Assembly: GCA_965116875.1 (NCBI GenBank)
Contig: OZ220733.1
Coordinates: 4,064,001-4,128,000 of the forward strand
DNA from: Candidatus Latescibacterota bacterium
Lineage (GTDB): Bacteria > Latescibacterota > UBA2968 > GCA-2709665
Direction: 5' to 3'
Length of the DNA stretch: 64,000 nucleotides
Shown: positions 46,940-54,866 of the stretch, piece by piece
Position numbering within the stretch: position 1 is the first letter of the stretch
How the letters are laid out: each line of letters starts with the position of its first letter
The notes under the pieces: generated by a model
Seen by the model: only the letters and a program-made list of their open reading frames with translations
Database searches by the model: none
What the model was told of the DNA's origin: nothing
Program-made: the position numbers and the translations under genes

Positions 46940-47857
46940 CTATTCGTTGGATCGGTCGTCACGCCAGGACGGCTCGCTCCACGTGTTGTGCCAGTTCCAC
47001 TTCCAGAGGACCCGCTTCGAGGGCAGTTTCACTTCGTATTCCACCCCGGCCGTGAAGGGCAGTACGCGGGTCCTGTGTCCCACGGCCTCCCGAATCCATT
47101 CGATGAACGCGGCCACGTCCGTGACGTCGGGCGGCCACGTCCCGTGCGGGATGGGGTCGGACGCGCGGTCGGTGCGGTAGTGGATGGGTATCAGGAACTC
47201 CGGCTCGATGGCGTCGATGCATTGAAGGAGCTTGTCCGTGCGGTCATCGCCGCCCCATTCCGTCAGACCCATCTTCATGTGGATGAGGTAGGTGACCCTT
47301 CCGCGCAGTTTCTCGAGCGCCCGGTAGGGTTCGGTGAGGTCCCCTGTATGAAGGAATGAGATATTGAGATCCCGGACGGTGACGAGGTATCCGCAGTTGG
47401 GCAGGTCCGGCCTCTGGTTCTCTCCGCTTTCGATGATGTCCACGTGAATGGGGCCGAGGTCCAGTTCGAAGGGTCCGGGAAAGCTGCGGGATTCTCCGCC
47501 GATGTGGCTCAGGTACCGGGGAAAGACCACCTGCACGAGGACCGGGTCCAGTGTTTTGGTGATGGGCAGGTCCCGGTCGAACGCCGCGTCGCGGTATTTT
47601 TCGTCCACGGGCCGGTCGGGGTCGCAGCAACCCGGGCTTACGTAGACTTTCTTGAAGCGATCGCCCTGGCAAAGCCGGCGAAGCGTGCCGGGGTGGCAAT
47701 GATCGAAGTGTTCGTGGCTGATGAAGATATAGTCGAAATCGGGCGAAGCGCCGGTCAGATGCTCTCCGAACAGATAGGGGTCGAAGGCGAAGTTGATCGC
47801 GTCCGTACGGACTTCAAATCCGCCGCAGCCGGTCCATTTGAGAAAAATCGGATCCAT
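46940..47857 (-). CDS. MBL-fold metallo-hydrolase (UlaG-like)
   Basis: W.GC.GF, DPYL, ISHEHFDHC, HTGD, IPIHY. Confidence 0.85.
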   Translation of the reverse strand: MDPIFLKWTGCGGFEVRTDAINFAFDPYLFGEHLTGASPDFDYIFISHEHFDHCHPGTLRRLCQGDRFKKVYVSPGCCDPDRPVDEKYRDAAFDRDLPITKTLDPVLVQVVFPRYLSHIGGESRSFPGPFELDLGPIHVDIIESGENQRPDLPNCGYLVTVRDLNISFLHTGDLTEPYRALEKLRGRVTYLIHMKMGLTEWGGDDRTDKLLQCIDAIEPEFLIPIHYRTDRASDPIPHGTWPPDVTDVAAFIEWIREAVGHRTRVLPFTAGVEYEVKLPSKRVLWKWNWHNTWSEPSWRDDRSNE

Positions 47858-47951
47858 CGAAAACTCACTTCCAAATGGGTTGATTCTGGTTCGTCAAGTC
47901 CGTTATACCCCGAATCTTCGTACATCACCTTTCCATCACTCTCGTCGCGAT

Positions 47952-47976
47952 GTAGGGGCGTCCCTTGTGGGCGCCC
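47952..47976 (+). repeat. GTAG-type REP palindrome
   Basis: GTAG-GGGCGTCC-CTTGT-GGGCGCCC. Confidence 0.7.
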
Positions 47977-48033
47977 GCCCGGACAACATATCGATCGTGA
48001 ATCGGAAAGCAAAGCACGGAATGGGGTGCGCCT

Positions 48034-48612
48034 GTGGCACGTAGCGCTGACCCGCGTTCGTCGCCGGATCGAGCGAAGCCTTCACGCGTTCAGCCCGAGG
48101 GAACCCAATCCTCTCGCACGATTGCCCTCTTCGTCTACGGTACGCTGAAACGGGGGTATTCGAACCACGACGGTTACTGTCGCGGCGTGCTGGCGATCGA
48201 AGACGCGCTCGTTCGCGGGCAACTCTATATCCGTCCCGATCGCATCCCGTTCCTGGAGGTCCCCGAACCGGATATCCTGGCAACGGGAACCGCCGACCCC
48301 GTGGCAGACGCGGCCACGCAGCAATGCCTTGCAGGCGACATTGAATCCCGGCGATTGGCGGAATGCCCGCCCGATCCGCCGGTGAGCGGCCGAGGCGTCG
48401 TGAGCGGGGAAATGCTCGTTTTCGACGATCCCGAGGCCCGCCTGCCCGCCCTCGACCGCCTGGAAGCCTTCCGTCCCGGCGGTCGTAGTCTTTATCGCCG
48501 GGTACTCGTGCCGGTACGGGTGAAAGATTCGTTCACTGCCGCCTGGACATACGCGGTGGAGACGAGACCGCCCGATTGGCCGAGACTGGAATCGGATCGT
48601 TGGACGGGGTGA
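48034..48612 (+). CDS. Gamma-glutamylcyclotransferase (AIG2-like) family protein
   Basis: LFVYGTLKRG..NH, V.GE, LDRLE, YRRV, AW.Y; start uncertain. Confidence 0.87.
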   Translation: MARSADPRSSPDRAKPSRVQPEGTQSSRTIALFVYGTLKRGYSNHDGYCRGVLAIEDALVRGQLYIRPDRIPFLEVPEPDILATGTADPVADAATQQCLAGDIESRRLAECPPDPPVSGRGVVSGEMLVFDDPEARLPALDRLEAFRPGGRSLYRRVLVPVRVKDSFTAAWTYAVETRPPDWPRLESDRWTG

Positions 48613-48842
48613 CAGGCAGGTCAATATGTGCACCGTCATCAATGAACCGGTTGAGGTACACAACACCCCGTGCCTGGCGCAGCTATCAACGGTAAAGGAA
48701 ATCCCATAAGAGTCATTGCAGTCCGGCCTGCAACGCGCTTGAGATTACTCGGATTCCTGAAATGAATGGATGAGATTTCGAATTACACGCGGACGTCAGT
48801 TCGTTGGGTATCAGGGAGCGGTTGCAGCAGCAGGAACACCAC

Positions 48843-48879
48843 TTGACTCAGGAATTACTTAGCTATATATTTAGCTAAG
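48843..48879 (+). promoter_or_regulatory. TA promoter with palindromic operator
   Basis: TTGACT-17-TATATT with CTTAGCTA-N6-TAGCTAAG centred on the -10 box. Confidence 0.75.
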
Positions 48880-48913
48880 AATGGAAATCGGCCTGAATCC
48901 ATGGAGTCACACG

Positions 48914-49147
48914 ATGTCGGCAGTAAACGTACATGAGGCCAAAACTCAACTTTCCCGCCTTCTGGCGAGGGTGGAGGCAGGTGAGGTCGTCGTGATTGCT
49001 CGCAACGGTACCCCGATTGCGCGTCTCGTGCCCTATGAGAATCGTCCCGGGATCCGGCGTTTTGGCGCCTTGAAGGGTCGGGTTGTCGTCGACGACAGCT
49101 TCTTCGAGCCGCTTCCGGAAAAGGAACTGGCCGCCTGGGGGGGGTGA
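48914..49147 (+). CDS. Phd/YefM family antitoxin
   Basis: VNVHEAKTQLSRLLARVEAGE.VVIARNG.P.ARLVP. Confidence 0.93.
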   Translation: MSAVNVHEAKTQLSRLLARVEAGEVVVIARNGTPIARLVPYENRPGIRRFGALKGRVVVDDSFFEPLPEKELAAWGG

Positions 49148-49151
49148 TTGC

Positions 49152-49538
49152 ATGCGTATTCTACTTGATACCCATGCCTTTCTGTGGTGGCTCGCAGGCA
49201 GCGATCGACTGTCGGGCGTTGCCCACGATACAATCGCCGACCCTGGTAACGATATCCTTATCAGCGCGGCGTCCGCCTGGGAGATTACAACGAAGCATCG
49301 TCTCGGGAAGCTTCCGGGAGCCGACGTGGTAGTACATGACGTCGCCGGCTGTATTGCGAGCCAGGGATTTCAGGAGTTGCCAATAACCGTCCGCAATGGC
49401 GAGCGTGCGGGGCGTCTGCCTGGACCGCATCGGGATCCATTCGACCGAATGTTAATTGTGCAGGCTCTGGTCTTCGATCTCCCCCTCGTTTCAGTCGAGG
49501 CGCTTTTTGACCGCTATGGCGTCAACCGTATCTGGTAA
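49152..49538 (+). CDS. vapC: VapC/PIN-domain toxin
   Basis: ILLDTHAFLWW, SAASAWEI..K, HRDPFDRMLI.QA. Confidence 0.92.
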   Translation: MRILLDTHAFLWWLAGSDRLSGVAHDTIADPGNDILISAASAWEITTKHRLGKLPGADVVVHDVAGCIASQGFQELPITVRNGERAGRLPGPHRDPFDRMLIVQALVFDLPLVSVEALFDRYGVNRIW

Positions 49539-49569
49539 CGCCGCCGGATCAAGACCCCGGACACCACCG

Positions 49570-49680
49570 TTGACCCGAGCATCCGACACGCTCATAGACC
49601 GGATGGTCCGAGCAATCGTCGAGGAAGTCGACCCGTAGCATGTGATTCTTCTTGGTTCCCGCGGCAGAGGCGACGAACGG
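49570..49680 (+). pseudogene. Minimal nucleotidyltransferase (MNT) N-terminal remnant
   Basis: DTLIDRMVRAIVEEVDP*HVILLGSRGRGD with in-frame TAG; resembles VILFGSRARGD. Confidence 0.65.
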
Positions 49681-49900
49681 CAGGAATCCTGGGATCCTCG
49701 GCGGAACCCCGGTGTTCTCTGTAACCAGGGTCCCGATACGCATCCTGATCGAACATCTGGGGAAACAGGAGACCGTCTCGTCGACTTTCTTGATAGATAC
49801 GCCACGGTGTGAAGTGACCAGGCGATCCAGGTCCTCGAAACCGCAATGGTGGCATTGACCGGTGAATCGGATGAGCTGTCGTTTGACCATTCCCTGCCGT
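49680..49900 (+). pseudogene. DUF433 antitoxin remnant, possibly with a trace of the downstream PIN-like partner
   Basis: NPGILGGTPVFSVTRVPIRILIEHL, then shifted frame GDRLVDFLDRYATV*SDQAIQVLE. Confidence 0.7.
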
Positions 49901-49998
49901 GACAGCTCGGATTCCGTCAGGGATGTGAATGAGGTCTGTGTCCTGTTTTCCGACGAGGAAATCCTGCTTCAAAACTACTAAAATAAGATGGTGACGCG

Positions 49999-51741
49999 AT
50001 GCTAACCAAACTCACTATTCGCAACTTTAAGCGCTTCGGCGAGGTGGAGATCGAACTGGGGAGTCCGGTGGTCTTCATCGGTCCCAACAACTCCGGGAAG
50101 ACCTCTGCCATGCAGGCGCTCGCGCTGTGGGACATCGGTCTCATGCGATGGAATGAGAAGCGTTCCGGCAAGAGTACGCCCGAAAAACGCCCGGGTGTGA
50201 CGATCAACCGGCGCGACCTGGTTGCGATTCCGATTCCTGAGGCGAATCTTCTCTGGCGCGGTCTCCATGTGCGTGACGTTCGGAAGATTGATGGAGAGCA
50301 GCGTACCAGCAACATTCGCATTGAGATCGTTGTAGAGGGCGTTACGAACGACAAGCACTGGAAGTGCGGCCTTGAGTTCGACTACGCGAACGACCAGTCC
50401 TTCTACTGCAGGCCGCTACGGCTATCAGATTGCAAAACGCCAGATCGGATGCCCGTTCCTGCCGAGGCCGGTAGCACACGAATTGCATTCCTGCCGCCAA
50501 TGTCCGGTCTGGCCGCGACGGAGACGCGCCTCGACGAGGGAGCTGTCAACGTACGGATTGGCGAGGGTCGTACGGCAGAAGTCCTGCGTAACCTGTGCTT
50601 CCAGGTCCATCAGTCGCAGCCGGAACAGTGGAATGTGCTTGTTGAGCAAATACGGACCCTTTTTGGATCTAGGCTCGATCCGCCCCGTTACATCGCAGAA
50701 CGGGGAGAGATCGCTATGACTTACCGTGAGCGGCAAGTCAGGCTCGACTTGTCGTCAGCCGGGCGGGGGCTCCAACAGACGCTACTATTGTTGGCCTATA
50801 TGTACTCGAACCCGGGCACTGTGCTGCTGCTCGATGAGCCGGATGCTCACCTGGAGATTCTTCGCCAACGCCAGATATACGGGCTTCTCACCGAAGTGGC
50901 GCGGGTCAGCGGCAGCCAGATAATAGCTGCAAGTCATTCTGAAGTGCTGTTGAACGAGGCTGCGGGCAGAGACCTCGTCGTTGCCTTTGTCGGTCGTCCA
51001 CACCGAATTGACGAACGGAAGAGCCAGGTCGCCAAAGCTTTAAAAGAGATCGGGTATGAACAATATTATCAGGCGGAACAGACCGGGTGGATACTCTACC
51101 TGGAGGGGTCGACTGACCTGTCGATATTGCTGGCATTCGCAAAGCGTCTTAATCATCAACGCGCGATCAAGGCGCTTGAACGGCCATTTGTGCATTACGT
51201 AGGAAACCGCCCACCGGCTGTTCGCCGCCACTTCCATGGATTGCGGGAAGCTTTCCCCGTGCTTCGGGGGGTTGCATTATTTGACCGTATTGAATCCGGG
51301 ATCGGTGACTTGTCCCCTGTTGAATGCCTGAGCTGGGACCGTCAAGAGATAGAGAATTATCTTTCTTCAAGGGCTACACTCTTAGCTTTCGCAGAAGCGC
51401 TGAGTCCCGACGATGTGCCAGGACCCCTATTTGCCGCGCCTGAGAGACAAAGGCGAGTAAAAGCAATGCAAGCGGCAATCGACGGAATCGAGTCCGCACT
51501 CAAAGAGTTGGGTAAGCCGTCGCCATGGAGCGCGGACATTAAGGCCAGTGACGAGTTCCTGGCTCCGCTCTTCGCTTCCTATTTTAAGAGACTTGAACTA
51601 CCGAACTTGTTGGCCAAGAAGAACTTCTATGAACTCGTCGATTGCGTTCCGGAAAACGAAATCGATCCGGAGATCTGCGCGAAACTTGACGCGATTGCGG
51701 CTGTCGCGGAAAGCGCGACACCTGCGGGAGACCCATCTTGA
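49999..51741 (+). CDS. AAA_15/AAA_21 ABC-type ATPase with C-terminal TOPRIM-like domain (OLD-like nuclease)
   Basis: IRNFKRF, GPNNSGKT Walker A, SSAGRG signature, LLLDEPDAHL Walker B, ASHS, YLEGSTD, LFDR, EIENYL. Confidence 0.87.
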   Translation: MLTKLTIRNFKRFGEVEIELGSPVVFIGPNNSGKTSAMQALALWDIGLMRWNEKRSGKSTPEKRPGVTINRRDLVAIPIPEANLLWRGLHVRDVRKIDGEQRTSNIRIEIVVEGVTNDKHWKCGLEFDYANDQSFYCRPLRLSDCKTPDRMPVPAEAGSTRIAFLPPMSGLAATETRLDEGAVNVRIGEGRTAEVLRNLCFQVHQSQPEQWNVLVEQIRTLFGSRLDPPRYIAERGEIAMTYRERQVRLDLSSAGRGLQQTLLLLAYMYSNPGTVLLLDEPDAHLEILRQRQIYGLLTEVARVSGSQIIAASHSEVLLNEAAGRDLVVAFVGRPHRIDERKSQVAKALKEIGYEQYYQAEQTGWILYLEGSTDLSILLAFAKRLNHQRAIKALERPFVHYVGNRPPAVRRHFHGLREAFPVLRGVALFDRIESGIGDLSPVECLSWDRQEIENYLSSRATLLAFAEALSPDDVPGPLFAAPERQRRVKAMQAAIDGIESALKELGKPSPWSADIKASDEFLAPLFASYFKRLELPNLLAKKNFYELVDCVPENEIDPEICAKLDAIAAVAESATPAGDPS

Positions 51742-52200
51742 GCCTGACTGCCTTCAATATCGCCAACTTCAAGGCTTTCGCTGCCACTTCCCAGAATGCT
51801 CAACCTGCTGGTTCCCAATATCACGGCCGGGGCACGAGGCCCGTTCCCACGAATTGAAAGAGAGTTCATGGGTAATGATCTGTATCGGACTCGCCGGGTG
51901 GACACCGTACGTGCGTTTATGCCAGTCGACGCGTTGAGTGATCTTGTTTCGGGCGTCCGCGGGTCCTTCGAGAATGAGATACGCAGGCTTAGCTACCTTG
52001 GCCCCTTAAGATCGTATCCGTCCAGGCGTCTTGTGTATTCACAACACGATGATCCAAACAGGTACGCAGGTGGAGGCTATGCGTGGGACGTGGTTCGTGA
52101 CAATCCGGAAGTCATTGAGATTCCCGTCACTCCAGAAGGTGAGTTTGAGCGCACCTGGCCCGGTGGTTTTTTCACTGAGCGCGCGGAGGAGCTATTCTGA
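51738..52200 (+). pseudogene. Internally deleted AAA ATPase-DUF3696 gene
   Basis: N-terminus MSLTAFNIANFKAF (TTGA overlap with the previous stop), middle LSYLGPLRSYP, C-terminus GEFERTWPGGFFTERAEELF; Walker A and B absent. Confidence 0.72.
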
Positions 52201-52202
52201 TA

Positions 52203-52518
52203 ATGCTTTACGAGTACGCACTGGAACCGGAACTCGTAGCGACCTGGACTGAACGCAAGGCATTTCGTTATTTCCTGTCGAGTTTCGATTTTGGCCAAGG
52301 GCGCGGCGTCTCAAGGTATCCAAAACACCGGTGTGATCTTTAGCGCCGGCCTTGACGAAGCAAAGGACGGTGAAAGTGCTACGGACGATCTCGCATTGAT
52401 GGATCGATACCAATACGACTATCGTTGGTCTCAATATGATGGGGATCGACCGGCAGGTTTTGAACAGGAAGGAGAGGCTATCGAGTTGGTCGGTACGAGA
52501 CGGTTGCCCTCGCCGTAG
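52203..52518 (+). pseudogene. Internally deleted partner gene of the DUF3696 ATPase
   Basis: N-terminus MLYEYALEPELVATW...GQGRGVSRYPKH joined out of frame to GVIFSAGLDE...YRWSQY...*. Confidence 0.55.
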
Positions 52519-52543
52519 CCGGCTATTCAGAAATCCAGGATAA

Positions 52544-52670
52544 CTTGCCCGATATCGACCGCCTGGAAGGCATATGCCCCGGCGGTCGGAGTCTTTATCG
52601 CCGGGTACTCTTGCCGCTGCGGGTGAACGATCCGTTCAAGAGCACGTGAAATCACACCGTGGAGACGAAA
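52544..52670 (+). pseudogene. Displaced 3' fragment of a GGCT gene
   Basis: LPDIDRLEGICPGGRSLYRRVLLPLRVNDPFKST*NHTVET, collinear with 48441-48567. Confidence 0.85.
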
Positions 52671-52937
52671 CGCTGGATCTGCCCTATCCGGCCTCCGCCG
52701 TCCGGACAGGGTGAAAACGCTGGTGTTCGCGCGAGATCCAAAGCGCGGCGGCAAGCCAGGCAGCCAGTCCAGTTCGTTATGGCCGCTATGACATTGACGC
52801 CACGTGCAAGCGGACAATGGCACGCGGTTTGCAGATGGTTTCTTTCACTGAAAGAGTCGAAGTGAGACGAATTCAGAACCGTTCTGGTTGAAGTGATGAC
52901 TTTAATTTGACATGTAACTACTAATTGGTAACTTTGG

Positions 52938-53201
52938 ATGTATCAGATCTTGATAAGGAGAAGTGTGCTGCGGCGCATTCAGAGGCTGCCAGACTCGGTT
53001 CAACGAAAGGCAGCCAACCTGGTCGAGGACCTGCGGGACAGCGGGCCGGTCAGAAAAGATTGGCCCAACTATTGCAAACTTGGACAAGATGAGTATCACT
53101 GCCACCTCACGCGTGGCTGGGTCCTCTGTTGGAAATACAAGAAAAACTCTCAAACAATAGAGGTCTACTATGCAGGCAGTTGTGAAAACGCCCCGTATTG
53201 A
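52938..53201 (+). CDS. RelE/HigB-like type II toxin
   Basis: 87 aa, basic; LP..VQ....LV.DL...GP....WPNY.KL....YHCHL...WV.CW...IEVYYAGS.E.APY; overlaps the downstream HTH gene. Confidence 0.72.
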   Translation: MYQILIRRSVLRRIQRLPDSVQRKAANLVEDLRDSGPVRKDWPNYCKLGQDEYHCHLTRGWVLCWKYKKNSQTIEVYYAGSCENAPY

Positions 53202-53538
53202 GATTCTCATCAGAGGGGAAATCCCTGACAAGCTGATGTCCGTGCTGAATGAGGAGTACGGTGAACAGATTCGGTTTTCCGGAGCCGACACCGACGATCT
53301 CGTCGATGTATTTGAGACCGACTGGTACCGAAGCGTCAAATCAGGAATGGGGCCGGGAGATAATCTGAGGACGTACCGGGAGAATCGCGGGTTGACGCAG
53401 GCGAGGCTGGGCGAGATGCTGGGCGGTGTTCCTCGCCAGCATATCTCGAATATGGAGCGGGAAGTCCGTTCGATCAGCCTGAAGACCGCGCGAAAATTGG
53501 CACAGATATTTCAAGTGTCACCCGAGAAGTTCATTTAA
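53170..53538 (+). CDS. XRE-family HTH antitoxin (HigA-like)
   Basis: PGDNLRTYRENRGLTQARLGEMLG..RQHISNMER..R.IS...A.KLA..F. Confidence 0.88.
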   Translation: MQAVVKTPRIEILIRGEIPDKLMSVLNEEYGEQIRFSGADTDDLVDVFETDWYRSVKSGMGPGDNLRTYRENRGLTQARLGEMLGGVPRQHISNMEREVRSISLKTARKLAQIFQVSPEKFI

Positions 53539-53591
53539 ATCGATGCGTGGCGAAGAAAACACTACAGCCGCTTTTTTGCGAATAGATAGAC

Positions 53592-54866
53592 ATGCCCCAT
53601 CTCCGCTTCATACATACTGCAGACCTGCATCTCGACAGCCCATTTGTTGGGATAAAGGCCGTCGCTCCCGAGAATGTGTCTCGCGCGTTGCACGATGCGA
53701 CGTTCAGCACCTGGGAGAACATCATCAACCTGTGCATCGACGAGGGTGTGGACGCGCTGCTGATCGCGGGCGACGTGTACGATTCGGCCGACCGGAGCCT
53801 GCGCGCGCAGTTGAGATTCGTCGAGGGCCTGAAGCGGCTGGACGAGGCCGGCATACGTTCTTTCGTCTGTCACGGCAATCACGACCCGCTGGATGGTTGG
53901 GAGGCGCGGCTGGAATATCCCGCAAGCTGTACGCGCTTTGGGACGGTGGCTGAGTCGGTCCCGGTGTTTGAGGACGATCCACGTCGCGGAGTCGTGCATG
54001 GAATCAGTTATGCAACACCCGATGTCTCCGACAACCTGGCGCAGCGTCTCGGCAAAGGCGATCCCGATGCGTTTTCTATCGGCCTGGTGCATGCCAACGT
54101 AGACAGCGACACGGCACACGGGAACTACGCGCCCTGCTCGCTGGAAGATCTTGAAGGTTCGGGTATGGACTACTGGGCGCTCGGACACGTACATACAAGG
54201 CAGGTACTCAGAGAACGGTCCCCGGCCGCGATCTATCCGGGCAACCCGCAGGGCAGGCATCCCAACGAGCCCGGCGCGCGCGGCATATATCTCGTCGAGG
54301 TGGACGAAGTGGGGATACCTTCCTTGAATTTCAGGGCAGTAGATACCGTTCGGTGGGAGCAGACCGTTCTGGACATCTCCCGCATAGACACCGAACAGGA
54401 TTTGATCGACGCGTTGCATCAAAGCATGGATGATGCTCTGAATGTCGCGGCAGGCGTGCCGGTCGTGCTGAGGACCACATTGATTGGAAAGGGCAGGCTG
54501 CACGGTTCGTTGCGGCAGCCAGGCTTTTTGGATGGCCTGATGGAGGAAATAAACGGCGAGTGGGCGGAAAAGACACCCTTTGCATGGTGCGAACGCATCG
54601 AGGACGAGACCGCGGCCCCGTTTAATCGGGATGAGCGACTTGAAGGATCCGACTTCCTCGCCGAACTGCTCAGAACCGCCGATCATGCGAAGGAAGACGC
54701 CGATTTGCTGGCCCGTCTGCAAGATGGTCTTAACGACCTCTATCAGCACCGACTCTATCGCAAGCACCTCTCTGTACATGTTCCCGGTGGCGAGGAACTC
54801 TCCACGATGATCGATGAAGCCGAGGCCATTCTCGTAAACCGGCTCGGCGAAGACGACGACGCATGA
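53592..54866 (+). CDS. Mre11/SbcD-like metallophosphoesterase (YhaO-like)
   Basis: HTADLHLDSPF, AGDVYD, GNHD, GLVH, YWALGHVH, YPGNPQGR. Confidence 0.93.
   Translation: MPHLRFIHTADLHLDSPFVGIKAVAPENVSRALHDATFSTWENIINLCIDEGVDALLIAGDVYDSADRSLRAQLRFVEGLKRLDEAGIRSFVCHGNHDPLDGWEARLEYPASCTRFGTVAESVPVFEDDPRRGVVHGISYATPDVSDNLAQRLGKGDPDAFSIGLVHANVDSDTAHGNYAPCSLEDLEGSGMDYWALGHVHTRQVLRERSPAAIYPGNPQGRHPNEPGARGIYLVEVDEVGIPSLNFRAVDTVRWEQTVLDISRIDTEQDLIDALHQSMDDALNVAAGVPVVLRTTLIGKGRLHGSLRQPGFLDGLMEEINGEWAEKTPFAWCERIEDETAAPFNRDERLEGSDFLAELLRTADHAKEDADLLARLQDGLNDLYQHRLYRKHLSVHVPGGEELSTMIDEAEAILVNRLGEDDDA

Larger units (their letters stand above)
48441..52670. mobile_element. TA/defence islet bounded by a diverged direct repeat of the GGCT 3' end
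   Basis: 48441-48535 aligns without gaps to 52544-52638 (about 15 mismatches); cargo is TA and ATPase genes and remnants; no integrase seen. Confidence 0.6.

Noticed and set aside
48613-48840. Possible small ORF or RNA between GGCT and the Phd promoter
   Set aside because: Only a 27-codon ORF without a clear RBS or motif; no convincing structure.
49999-51741. Gabija, Septu or retron system call
   Set aside because: No adjacent UvrD helicase, HNH nuclease or reverse transcriptase.
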